The position numbers and the translations under genes are program-made. From Pseudomonadota bacterium (GTDB lineage: Bacteria; Pseudomonadota; Alphaproteobacteria; Caulobacterales; Maricaulaceae): a DNA stretch of 64,000 nt. The DNA is taken from NCBI GenBank assembly GCA_039819095.1, contig JBCBSP010000003.1, positions 169,835 to 233,834 on the forward strand, given 5' to 3'. Of the stretch, positions 55,085-64,000 are shown one piece after another; within the stretch, counting starts at the first letter, position 1, and each line of letters starts with the position of its first letter. The notes beneath the pieces are model-generated. The model was not told the DNA's origin. It ran no database searches and saw only the letters and a list, made by a program, of their open reading frames with translations.

Positions 55085-57772
55085 ATGACGAGCGCCGCCC
55101 CCCTCGACGCCATGCTGGACCGCGCCTTCCCGACAGCGGAAGGCGGCACGCCGATGATGGTGCAGTTTCTCCAATTGCGCGCCGAGGCGCCTTTGGACGC
55201 CCTGCTCTTCTATCGCATGGGCGATTTTTACGAGCTGTTCTTCGATGACGCAGTGCGCGCCTCAGCGGCGCTCGACATTGCGTTGACCAAGCGCGGAGAG
55301 CATCAGGGCGAGCCGGTCGCAATGTGCGGCGTGCCGGTTCACAATGCGCAGATCTATCTGTCCCGCCTGATCAAGGCCGGCTTCAAGGTTGCGGTCGGCG
55401 AACAGATGGAGGATCCCAGCGAGGCTAAGAAGCGCGGCTCCAAGTCCGTGGTCCGGCGCGCAATCACCCGCATCGTCACGCCCGGTACGCTTACCGAGGA
55501 TGATCTTCTGGACGCGAGAAGCGCCAACCGGATCGCCGCGCTGGCGCGCACCGCGTCCGGCGAGCTGGCTCTGGCGGTCGCGGAAGTGTCCGAGGGCGCC
55601 TTCCGCGCCAGCCCCGTTGGCGAGGAGGCGGTTGATGCCGAGCTCGCCGCACTCAATCCAGCCGAGCTTCTCGTCAGCGAGGACGATGCGCGCATCGCCG
55701 AAGCCGCCTGTCCGTCCGCAGCGATCACCACACGGGCGCGCGCCAAGTTTGACGCCGGCGCGGGCGAGCGGCGCCTGAAGGAGCGATTCGCGGTCGCCTC
55801 CCTCGACGCGTTTGGCGATTTCAGCCGGGCGGAGCTATCCGCGCTAGGCTGCCTTCTGGATTATCTGGAGCTGACCCAGGCTGGCGCTCCGGCCAAGCTC
55901 GCCCCTCCGGTCAGCCAGCCTGCCGGTTCGGCGATGGCGATTGATCCGGCCGCGCGCGCCAGCCTTGAGATCGAGCGCACCCTGTCCGGCGCGCGCAAGG
56001 GCTCGCTGCTGGATGCGATCGACCGCACCGTCACAGCGCCGGGCGCGCGCCTTTTGGCGGAGCGACTGGCGAGGCCATCCATGGATCTGGATGCGATATC
56101 GGCGCGCCAGGACGCGGCCGGCTTCTTTGTCGAAACCACCGAGCTGCGCGACGGCGCGCGCGAGCGGCTGAAGCGGGCCGGCGACCCAGTACGCGCGCTC
56201 TCAAGGCTGGCGCTGGGTCGCGGGGGGCCGCGCGACCTGCTGCAGCTGGCGCGCGCGCTGAAAGAGGGAGAGGGCTTGAATGCCGATTTCGCCCGCCACC
56301 CGCTCGCCCGGCCCCCTGCAGCCATTGAAGCGGCCCTGCAGTCGGTGTCGCTTGCCGGCCACGCCGAGCTCGCCGCCTTCGTTCAGGAGGTTGAGCGCGC
56401 CCTGGTCGATGAGCCGCCGCTTCTGGCGCGTGAAGGAGGCTTTGTAGCGGCGGGCTGGTCTCCGGGGCTCGATGAGGCCCGCAAACTGCGCGACGACTCC
56501 CGGCGCATTGTGGCCGGCCTGCAGAAGACCTATGCCGATCAGAGCAGTGTCGCGAATCTGAAGGTTAAGCACAACAACGTGCTTGGCTATTTCATCGAAG
56601 TGTCCGCGAAAAACGCCGACGCGCTGATGGGTGCTGAACCCTTCATCCACCGCCAGACCATGGCCAATGCGGTGCGTTTCTCCACCCCGGAGCTGGGCGA
56701 GCTGGAAGCGAAAATCGCCCAGGCCGGTGAACGCGCCATCGCTATGGAGCTGGAGATTTTCGAAGCGCTCCGCATTCGCGCCGAAAGCCTCAGCCCCGCC
56801 ATCCGCGCCGCCGCCGAGGCGCTCGCCGCGCTTGATGTGGCCTGCGCGGACGCGGTGTGGGCGCAGGACTGCGGCGCGAGCCGGCCCGTCGTCGATTCAA
56901 GTGGCGCGTTCGAGATTATCGGCGGGCGCCACCCGGTCGTTGAACAGGCGCTGGAGCGCACCGGCGAGGGCCGTTTCACGCCCAATGACTGCCGGCTCGA
57001 CGCTGAAGGCGGGGCGGGTCCGCGGCTGACATTGGTGACCGGTCCAAACATGGCCGGCAAATCCACCTATCTCAGACAGAACGCGCTCATCGCCATTCTG
57101 GCGCAGGCCGGTCTCCACGTTCCCGCACGTTCGGCAAGAATCGGCCTCGTCGACCGGCTCTTCTCGCGCGTCGGGGCGGCCGATGATCTGGCGCGGGGGC
57201 GCTCCACCTTCATGGCGGAGATGATCGAGACCGCCGCCATTCTCAATCAGGCCGACCCGCGTGCCCTGGTCATCCTGGACGAAATCGGGCGCGGCACGGC
57301 GACGTTTGACGGGCTTTCCATCGCCTGGGCCGCTGTGGAGCATCTGCACGGCGTGAATGGATGCCGCGCCCTGTTCGCCACCCATTATCACGAGCTGACA
57401 AGACTGGTGGATGAGCTTGAGAGCGCAGCCAACGCCTCCCTGAAAGCCAGGGAATGGAAGGGTGAGCTCGTCTTCCTGCACGAGGTCGGAGCCGGGCCAG
57501 CCGACCGTTCGTACGGGGTTGAAGTGGCCAAGCGCGCCGGACTTCCCCCCGCTGCGGTGGCTCGCGCAAAGCACATCCTCGACCGGCTTGAAGCCGAAGG
57601 CCAGCCCGCCGCAGCGCTCGCTGACCTCCCCCTGTTCAGCGCCGCTATCCCTGAACCGGCCGTCAAACCAAGCGCGGTGGAAGAGCGGCTGAAAACCGTC
57701 GACGCCGACGGCCTGTCGCCCCGCGAAGCACTGGAGCTGGTCTATGCGCTGAAGGGGTTGGCGGAGAAGTAG
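55085..57772 (+). CDS. mutS: DNA mismatch repair protein MutS
   Basis: TPMMVQFLQLRAEAP..LLFYRMGDFYELFFDDA, Walker A TGPNMAGKST, and DEIGRGTATFDGLSIAWA. Confidence 0.97.
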   Translation: MTSAAPLDAMLDRAFPTAEGGTPMMVQFLQLRAEAPLDALLFYRMGDFYELFFDDAVRASAALDIALTKRGEHQGEPVAMCGVPVHNAQIYLSRLIKAGFKVAVGEQMEDPSEAKKRGSKSVVRRAITRIVTPGTLTEDDLLDARSANRIAALARTASGELALAVAEVSEGAFRASPVGEEAVDAELAALNPAELLVSEDDARIAEAACPSAAITTRARAKFDAGAGERRLKERFAVASLDAFGDFSRAELSALGCLLDYLELTQAGAPAKLAPPVSQPAGSAMAIDPAARASLEIERTLSGARKGSLLDAIDRTVTAPGARLLAERLARPSMDLDAISARQDAAGFFVETTELRDGARERLKRAGDPVRALSRLALGRGGPRDLLQLARALKEGEGLNADFARHPLARPPAAIEAALQSVSLAGHAELAAFVQEVERALVDEPPLLAREGGFVAAGWSPGLDEARKLRDDSRRIVAGLQKTYADQSSVANLKVKHNNVLGYFIEVSAKNADALMGAEPFIHRQTMANAVRFSTPELGELEAKIAQAGERAIAMELEIFEALRIRAESLSPAIRAAAEALAALDVACADAVWAQDCGASRPVVDSSGAFEIIGGRHPVVEQALERTGEGRFTPNDCRLDAEGGAGPRLTLVTGPNMAGKSTYLRQNALIAILAQAGLHVPARSARIGLVDRLFSRVGAADDLARGRSTFMAEMIETAAILNQADPRALVILDEIGRGTATFDGLSIAWAAVEHLHGVNGCRALFATHYHELTRLVDELESAANASLKAREWKGELVFLHEVGAGPADRSYGVEVAKRAGLPPAAVARAKHILDRLEAEGQPAAALADLPLFSAAIPEPAVKPSAVEERLKTVDADGLSPREALELVYALKGLAEK

Positions 57773-57899
57773 GAACCCATCAGAAGATCGACCGCAGCTT
57801 TCCCGGTCAAGCCGTCGGCCTAACACGGGGAAGCCTCACCAGCAGCCGATTCAACCCACTGATAACAATTACCTTATGGCGCCAAACGTCCAGGCTTCA

Positions 57900-60800
57900 T
57901 CACCATCCCATCCGCACACCTGCGCGGGCGCCGACCTTGCCGGTCTGATCGGCCCAGCCCACGGCAAGATTGGCTGACAAGCGATTGCTGACGCGGCGTG
58001 CGGCTGAAAGCGCGAGGGCGTTTGATCCATCGTAATGGCCCCAGTTAGCGCTGAAGGCCACCGTTTCATTCTGCTGCAACCAAGTCGAACCCGACAGCGC
58101 ATTGGCGATGGCGATGCCGTCCATGTTTTGCGCGATCTGGTTGGCGTTGCGGGTCGACAGCACGCTGAGCTGCTCCACGCTCACCTGCATCGCTGCAAAG
58201 TCGTTCTCCAACGTTTCAATCCGACCGGTGTTGGACGCGATGGCCACTTCGTTGGTTCTGATGCGCGTGTCGAAGCCCATAATCGCCGCGGTGTTGGACG
58301 CGATATTGTCGGTATTCGTCGCGATATTCACCGTATTACGATCAATGTCAGTCCGGTTGGTCGCAATCGCAGCGGTGTTGTTGTCGATATCAGCGCGGTT
58401 GGCGTCGATATCAGACCGGTTGTCGGCGATATCAGACTCGTTCTGAGTGATCCGGTCTTCGTGATCATCGACTTGGGTCTCAAGATCGATAAGGCGTTGA
58501 CCGTTACCCGCGACACCGGCCTGCAGCAGGGCGATATCGGCAGCATTCACCGCCACCCCATTCGCGATGGTCGAGATGCCTGCGGTGTTGTTTGCGATAT
58601 TGACCGTGTTCGTCGCGATGCTCGTCGAGTTGTTCGCAATGTTGGTCGTATTGGTCGCGATCGTCGTGGTGTTGTTGGCGATGTTGGTTGTGTTGGTCGC
58701 GACGCCGGCGGTGTTGTTCGCGATGTTCGTGGTGTTCGTCGCGATATTGCCGGTGTTGGTTGCAATGTTGGTTGTGTTGGTCGCGATATTTGTCGTGTTC
58801 GTCGCGATGTTCGTGGTGTTTACCCCAATCGCCGCCGTGTTCGACGCGATATCAGCCAGCGCCGCTCCGCCGTCTGACGCGATATTGCCGTCCGCATCCA
58901 CCGTCACGAACCCGTCCACGGCGCCTTGAGCCGCAGTTGAGGCCGCTGAGGTCAAGCCTGGAAGGGTGTAGGTGTTCGAGCTCGTTCCGATCACGATCTG
59001 ATCGGCGCGCGACGCGACCGCCCCGACACCGATCGCCATGGAATTGTCGAAGGCCGCGCTCGCACCCTGGCCGAAGGCCGAAGCCCCCGCACCGCGGGCG
59101 ACCGCGCCTTGACCGATGGCGGTGGAAGCTTCACCGGAGGCTTCCGCATCCTCACCAACCGCCGTGGTGTCATCCTCGGTGGCTTCGGCGTTTTCACCCA
59201 GCGCCGTTGACGACGCGCCTGTCGCCATCGTGTTGGCGCCGAAGGCCGCTGAATCCGCGCCCGTGGCCATGGCCAGAAGGCCGACCGCCGTGGAGCCGGA
59301 GGCCACCGCGCCATCACCGATTGCAACCGCACCGGTATTTGTGGCGGACGCATTGCGCCCGATGGCCACCGCGCCTTCCTCGGTCGCCGAGGCCGCTTCA
59401 CCAATGGCGACGGCGTCATCACCCGTGGCCGAGGCCACAGCCCCCGTGGAGTTCACGTCGAGATAGACGGACCCTGGGGTGACTGAGCCGAGCGCTGCGA
59501 TGTCAGCGGTGTTCTGGGTCACCTGGGTCTGCAGCGCCCCGCCGTCAGAGGCGAGATTGCCGTCCGCGTCGGTGGTGACCAGACCCGTGACCGCGCCTTG
59601 CGCCGCCGTAGACGCGGCGGAGGTGATGCCAGCGATGGTGACGGCCTCAGTAACTGTTCCCAGAACGATCTGGTTGGCGCGGGTGGTGGACGCGTTCGCG
59701 CCCAGCGCGATTGAGTTGTCAAACGCGGTGCTCGCGTCATCCCCGATGGCGATGGAATTCGTTCCGTTCGCCGTGGCGCCGGTTCCAACCGCAAGCGCGC
59801 CGACCGATTCAGCCCGTGATCCGTCACCCAGCGCCATCGAGCTGGCCGCGACTGCGGCCGCATTCTGACCCAGGGCCGTAGCGGCTACAGCTGTTGCGCT
59901 TGCGCCCTGACCGATCGCCGTGGCGTCATTACCGCTCGCGGTGGCGCCCTGGCCGACGGCGGTTGCTTGGGTGTTGGACGCTGTCGCGCCTTCACCAACC
60001 GCCGTCGACTCGTCAGAGTCTGCGGTGGCGTTCTCACCCAACGCGCTTGATTGCGCGCCTGTCGCCATCGTGTTGGCGCCGAAGGCCGCTGAATCCGCGC
60101 CTGTGGCCATGGCGAGCAGGCCGACCGCGGTGGATCCGGACGCTACTGCGCCGTCACCGATCGCAACCGCGCCCGCATTGGTGGCGGACGCGTTACGCCC
60201 GATTGCGACCGCGCCTTCCTCTGTGGCCGAAGCTGCTTCGCCGATGGCGATCGCGTCATCGCCCGTAGCGCTTGCCGCCGCACCGGTGGAGTTCACATCG
60301 AGATAGATGGAGCCGCCGCCGCCCGCGCCAAGCGCGGCGATATCAGCGGTGTTCTGGTTCACCTGCGTCTGCAGCGCCCCGCCGTCAGAGGCGAGATTGC
60401 CGTCCGCGTCGGTGGTGACCAGGCCCGTGACTGCACCCTGCGCCGCCGTAGAGGCTGCGGAGGTGATGCCCGCGATAGTGACGGTCTCGCTCGCCGTGCC
60501 CAGAACGATCTGGTTGGCGCGGGTGGTCGCAGCACCGGTACCCAGAGCGATGGAGTTTTCAAATCCGGCATTGGACGATTCACCGATGGCGATGGCCCGC
60601 TGAGCGCTGGCTGTGCTGTCATCGCCCATCGCGATGGCGTCATCCGCCGTTGCTCGCGCGCCGTCGCCATCAATGTCCGGATCACCGCCGATGGCGATGG
60701 CGGAGATTCCCGAAGCGACCGCGCCGTCTCCGACGGCGAAGCTGTCCGCGCCGGATGCAATGGCCCCGAAGCCATTTCCATCCGAATCCCCGCCGAGCGC

Positions 60801-63800
60801 AATGCTTCCAGACCCCGTGGCCTCAGCGGAGGCGCCAATGGCCGAAGCGAACGCCGCTGTTGCGTCTGTATCGAGACCAATTGCAGTCGCCCGCTCTCCG
60901 GTGGCGCCTGCCTGATAACCAACAGCTGTTGCTCCCGCCTCGGTCGCCGCCGCCAAACTCCCTACGGCCGTGGACAAGTTCTCTGACGCTACGCTGTCGG
61001 AGCCCAGCGCGATTGACTCTCGGCCGGATGCTGCGGCGTCTCGGCCGATGGCGAGGGCATCTATAGCAGTGGCGCTGGATTCCTCACCCAACGCAATCGC
61101 ACCGTTAGCGGTCGCTTGCGCGCCGACGTTCGCGTCGCCCGTATTGCAATTCTCGCTCATGCCGATGGCGATGGATCCGTCACCGGAAGCGACCGCCTCA
61201 CAGCCCTGAGCCAGCGATTGCGTGCCGGACGCCACGGAGCTGAAGCCCAGCGCGAACGCGTAGTCCGCGCTCGCCAGGGCGTCTCCACCCATGGCGATAG
61301 AGTCGATGCCCGCCGCGCTCGCGCCGGTCCCATCTCCGTCAAAGTCAGAGCCAAGGGCGAGCGAGCCATTACCCGAAGCGTTGGCGTCGGTCCCCACAGC
61401 CAGGGCGGCGATGCCGGTGGCTTCTGAGTTTGCGCCAACCGCGGTCGCGCGGTCGGCTTCAGCGAGCGCGGCATTGCCCAGCGCGCTGGAATCCACGCCC
61501 CGCGCAATCGAGGTTCCGCCGAGCGCGGTGGAGAACTCACCCTCAGCCAGCGCCTCGTTGCCGACGGCCAGCGCATCGATTGCGGTCGCGGCGGCGCTTT
61601 CACCAAACGCCGTCGCCCAGGTCGCGGTCGCTTGCGCGCCCTGACCCACCGCGGTGGAGTTTTCACCGCTTGCGACGGCCGTCCGGCCGACAGCAGTCGC
61701 GTCGTCTTCGCTGGCGATGGCGCCTTGGCCGATCGCCGTGGACTGGGTGCCCGTGGCTTGCGCGCCTTCACCCACAGCCGTGGACTCTAGCTGATCAGCC
61801 AGCGCGTTCTCGCCCAGCGCCGTCGACGCGGCCGCCAGCGCGAACGCGTTCTGACCGAAGGCGGCCGTGTCCGCACCGATGGCTTGCGCGCCGCCGCCGA
61901 CGGCGGTCGAACCGGCCGCCGTAGCGCCTTCACCGATCGCGACCGCGCCTTCGCTGGTCGCGGAGGAATCCCCGCCGATGGCGATTGCGCCGTTAGCAGT
62001 GGCGATCGCGTTGGCGCCGGTGCTGTTTACATCGAGATACGGCTCACCCGAGACCGGGCCGCCGCCCGCCAGCGACGCGATATCGGCCTCGTTCTGCGCG
62101 ATGCGCGCCAGCGCCGCGCCGCCGTCAGAGGCGAGATTGCCATCCGCATCCGTGGTGACAAAGCCCGTCACCGTGCCTTGAGCCGCCAGCGACGCCGCAC
62201 TCGGCAGGCCAGCAACCGTGACGGTCTCGCTCGCCGTGCCCAGAACGATCTGGTTGGCGCGCGTGGTCGCTGCGCCCGCGCCGATGGCGGTGGAGTTGTC
62301 AAACGCGGAGGCGCTGCCGGCGCCGAGCGCGACAGAGTCTTCGCCATCGGCGTCAGCACTGTCGCCGAGCGCCAATGAGGACGCCCCGCTCGCATCTGCG
62401 GTTCGACCCATTGCGATAGCGAAGTTCGCACTGGAGGCCGCGTCGCCGCCGATCGCTATGGATTCGGTCGCGGACGCTTCGGCGCCGATCCCGCTGTTGT
62501 CGGGATCTGAACCGATAGCGATGGACCGGTTGCCCGACGCGTTGGAAAAAGAGCCCACAGCCACGGAGCGGTTCCCAGACGCTTCGGTCTCAAGACCGAT
62601 TGCAGTGGCAAAGAAGTCCGTCGCGCTGGCGTCTCTGCCCACCGCAAGGGCGTCATCGCCAGAAGCCAATGCGCCCCACCCCATAGCCATCGCCCGTTCG
62701 CTCGTCGCCGCGCTATCGTGCCCGATCGCGATTGAGTCACCGCCTCGCGCACTGCTCCCTTCACCCAGCGCGACGGCTGCAAACCCTTCAGCAAACGCCT
62801 CTTCGCCGATGGCGATCGCACCACCGCGCACCGCTTCGGCGTCTACGCCAAGAGCGAGCGAGCCCCCGCCGGACGCCGTTGCAGACCGGCCTAACGCGAC
62901 CGCGTCTGTGGTGCTCGTCGTGCTTTCACCAATCGCGATCGCACCCTCACGGGTGGCTTGCGCGCCGAGGGCGCCGTCGGTCGGATCACAGTCCTCGCTC
63001 GCGCCGATGGCGATCGAGCCGTCCCCGGCAGCGACAGCTTCACAGCCCTGGGCGATCGATTGATCGCCTGTCGCAGCACTCGCGAAGCCCAGCGCCGTGG
63101 CGCCGATGGCGTCCGCCGTCGAGAACTGACCGATGGCGGTGGACTCGTCTGAACTCGCCAGAGCGTCCTGACCGATGGCCGTGGAGCGTTCGCCGCCCGC
63201 GGTGGCGAATTCACCGACCGCCGTAGCGTCATCGGCGGCAGCCGACGAGTCAGAGCCGATGGCGACCGTGCGGTCGCCGTTCAGGACCGCGCCGAACCCG
63301 TCCCCATCCGTGTCGCCGCCCATGGCGACGCCGTGGCTGCCTTGAGCCGTCGCCGTCAGGCCGATCGCGACGGTGTTGTCCCCGGTCACGTCCGCGCCTT
63401 GGCCCAGAGCGATGGAGAAATCACCCACAACGCTGGAATCATCGCCGATCGCCATGGCGACCAGCCCGTTCGCGACGCTGACCCCGCCGATCGCCATGGA
63501 GAAGTCGCCGAGCGCCTGAGAGTCTGACCCCAGCGCGATGGAATCTTCGCCGACCGCCTGGGCGCCGAGCGGATCGGCGTCCGCCCCGTCGCTGCCGATC
63601 GCAATCCCGCCTTCACCGGCTGAAACCGCGCGGCGGCCCAGAGCGACCGATCGTTCGGCTCCTGCAAGGGCGCCTGCCCCCAAAGCCGTTGCGTCAAGGG
63701 ACGCGGCGAACGCGCCTGCGCCGAGCGCGGTGGAATCCGCGCCATCCGCACCCGCGGCGTTGCCGACCGCGGTCGCATCGCTCGCCGTGGCGTCCGCGCT

Positions 63801-64000
63801 GAAGCCGAGAGCCGTGGCGCTCGTGCCTGTCGCCGTCGCTGAGGAGCCCAGAGCCGTGGTCTGGTTCTGGTTCGCAACAGAGCTTTCGCCGAGGGCGGTC
63901 GCATCATTGCCGCTCGCGGTGGAGTTCTCACCGATGGAGGTGGAATCATCGCCCGTCGCCAGCGCGTTCACGCCGAAGGCGGCCGAATTCGCGCCGGTGG
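57900..64000 (-). CDS. giant trimeric autotransporter adhesin (YadA/Hep_Hag family), N-terminus outside window
   Basis: C-terminal YadA-like anchor (...ANALSGSTWLQQNETVAFSANWGHYDGSNALALSAARR...GVRMGW), a coiled-coil stalk, four neck-like ANQIVLGT/ADQIVIGT motifs and hundreds of Hep_Hag-type repeats (S.AIG..A.A.G). The frame stays open to position 64000; the track 'M' at 63971 is an internal GTG. Confidence 0.85.
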   Translation of the reverse strand, partial: TGANSAAFGVNALATGDDSTSIGENSTASGNDATALGESSVANQNQTTALGSSATATGTSATALGFSADATASDATAVGNAAGADGADSTALGAGAFAASLDATALGAGALAGAERSVALGRRAVSAGEGGIAIGSDGADADPLGAQAVGEDSIALGSDSQALGDFSMAIGGVSVANGLVAMAIGDDSSVVGDFSIALGQGADVTGDNTVAIGLTATAQGSHGVAMGGDTDGDGFGAVLNGDRTVAIGSDSSAAADDATAVGEFATAGGERSTAIGQDALASSDESTAIGQFSTADAIGATALGFASAATGDQSIAQGCEAVAAGDGSIAIGASEDCDPTDGALGAQATREGAIAIGESTTSTTDAVALGRSATASGGGSLALGVDAEAVRGGAIAIGEEAFAEGFAAVALGEGSSARGGDSIAIGHDSAATSERAMAMGWGALASGDDALAVGRDASATDFFATAIGLETEASGNRSVAVGSFSNASGNRSIAIGSDPDNSGIGAEASATESIAIGGDAASSANFAIAMGRTADASGASSLALGDSADADGEDSVALGAGSASAFDNSTAIGAGAATTRANQIVLGTASETVTVAGLPSAASLAAQGTVTGFVTTDADGNLASDGGAALARIAQNEADIASLAGGGPVSGEPYLDVNSTGANAIATANGAIAIGGDSSATSEGAVAIGEGATAAGSTAVGGGAQAIGADTAAFGQNAFALAAASTALGENALADQLESTAVGEGAQATGTQSTAIGQGAIASEDDATAVGRTAVASGENSTAVGQGAQATATWATAFGESAAATAIDALAVGNEALAEGEFSTALGGTSIARGVDSSALGNAALAEADRATAVGANSEATGIAALAVGTDANASGNGSLALGSDFDGDGTGASAAGIDSIAMGGDALASADYAFALGFSSVASGTQSLAQGCEAVASGDGSIAIGMSENCNTGDANVGAQATANGAIALGEESSATAIDALAIGRDAAASGRESIALGSDSVASENLSTAVGSLAAATEAGATAVGYQAGATGERATAIGLDTDATAAFASAIGASAEATGSGSIALGGDSDGNGFGAIASGADSFAVGDGAVASGISAIAIGGDPDIDGDGARATADDAIAMGDDSTASAQRAIAIGESSNAGFENSIALGTGAATTRANQIVLGTASETVTIAGITSAASTAAQGAVTGLVTTDADGNLASDGGALQTQVNQNTADIAALGAGGGGSIYLDVNSTGAAASATGDDAIAIGEAASATEEGAVAIGRNASATNAGAVAIGDGAVASGSTAVGLLAMATGADSAAFGANTMATGAQSSALGENATADSDESTAVGEGATASNTQATAVGQGATASGNDATAIGQGASATAVAATALGQNAAAVAASSMALGDGSRAESVGALAVGTGATANGTNSIAIGDDASTAFDNSIALGANASTTRANQIVLGTVTEAVTIAGITSAASTAAQGAVTGLVTTDADGNLASDGGALQTQVTQNTADIAALGSVTPGSVYLDVNSTGAVASATGDDAVAIGEAASATEEGAVAIGRNASATNTGAVAIGDGAVASGSTAVGLLAMATGADSAAFGANTMATGASSTALGENAEATEDDTTAVGEDAEASGEASTAIGQGAVARGAGASAFGQGASAAFDNSMAIGVGAVASRADQIVIGTSSNTYTLPGLTSAASTAAQGAVDGFVTVDADGNIASDGGAALADIASNTAAIGVNTTNIATNTTNIATNTTNIATNTGNIATNTTNIANNTAGVATNTTNIANNTTTIATNTTNIANNSTSIATNTVNIANNTAGISTIANGVAVNAADIALLQAGVAGNGQRLIDLETQVDDHEDRITQNESDIADNRSDIDANRADIDNNTAAIATNRTDIDRNTVNIATNTDNIASNTAAIMGFDTRIRTNEVAIASNTGRIETLENDFAAMQVSVEQLSVLSTRNANQIAQNMDGIAIANALSGSTWLQQNETVAFSANWGHYDGSNALALSAARRVSNRLSANLAVGWADQTGKVGARAGVRMGW
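58569..58820 (-). repeat. 12 tandem 21-bp (heptad) repeats encoding NTTNIAT-type stalk units
   Basis: The translation reads NTTNIAT x3, then NTGNIAT, NTTNIAN, NTAGVAT, NTTNIAN, NTTTIAT, NTTNIAN, NSTSIAT, NTVNIAN and NTAGIST. Codon boundaries were checked at both ends. Confidence 0.85.
59190..59760 (-). repeat. adhesin head-neck module, copy 1 of a duplication offset by exactly 840 bp
   Basis: Lines 59221-59280 and 60061-60120 are nearly identical (gtcgccatcgtgttggcgccgaaggccgctgaatccgcgc...). The similarity continues through the cagaacgatctggttggcgcg neck. Boundaries are approximate. Confidence 0.75.
60030..60600 (-). repeat. adhesin head-neck module, copy 2
   Basis: See copy 1. A shorter third copy of the gccgtcagaggcgagattgcc...cagaacgatctggttggcgcg segment lies at about 62100-62330. 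Confidence 0.75.

Noticed and set aside
54207-55088. 293-aa plus-strand ORF antisense to maeB; similar cases are 10131-10877 in polA, 20300-21178 in the CapD gene, 37506-38513 in metK and 43499-44671 in hemW
   Set aside because: All overlap confidently identified genes on the other strand and have shadow-ORF composition.
58569-58820. Regular short repeats considered as a possible CRISPR array
   Set aside because: The 21-bp period has no unique spacers, and the repeats are in frame and encode heptads of a coiled-coil stalk. There are no cas genes in the window.
58035-63527. Many plus-strand ORFs (64-281 aa) inside the adhesin gene
   Set aside because: They are Ala/Pro/Ser/Arg-rich mirror images of the Hep_Hag repeats. 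Their repetitiveness simply reflects the sense-strand repeats.

Overview
High-GC chromosomal DNA with alphaproteobacterial gene order; a Hyphomonadaceae/Caulobacterales-like source is inferred from synteny only. About 55 mostly housekeeping genes are present. They include sucC(partial)-sucD-sucA-sucB, polA, htpX, rsmB, rpe, purH, tsaB/rimI/fur, miaB-phoH-ybeY-corC-lnt, metK, dapF, rph, rdgB-hemW, comM, maeB and mutS. The window ends inside a giant trimeric-autotransporter adhesin of more than 2000 aa. I saw no rRNA, tRNA, CRISPR array, integrase or transposase. The strongest anomaly is a 2.1-kb co-directional insertion between sucC and sucD, which are normally adjacent. It holds a strikingly AT-rich, translationally coupled two-gene cassette (a 141-aa membrane-anchored protein and a 285-aa orphan, neither of which I can place in a family) followed by a vapBC toxin-antitoxin pair. 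This cassette is my best candidate for an undescribed defence or abortive-infection-type module. A second interruption of conserved synteny lies between rph and rdgB. It is a minus-strand block of a 375-aa orphan, a YozG-like HTH regulator, a DUF2975 membrane protein and a possible 38-aa membrane peptide. Other points are REP-like palindromic elements bracketing polA, a codon-aligned His-rich/Met-rich mirror ORF region, a metK leader hairpin that covers the Shine-Dalgarno (SD) sequence, and nested repeats in the adhesin gene. All family assignments come from reading the translations by eye; no database search was run.
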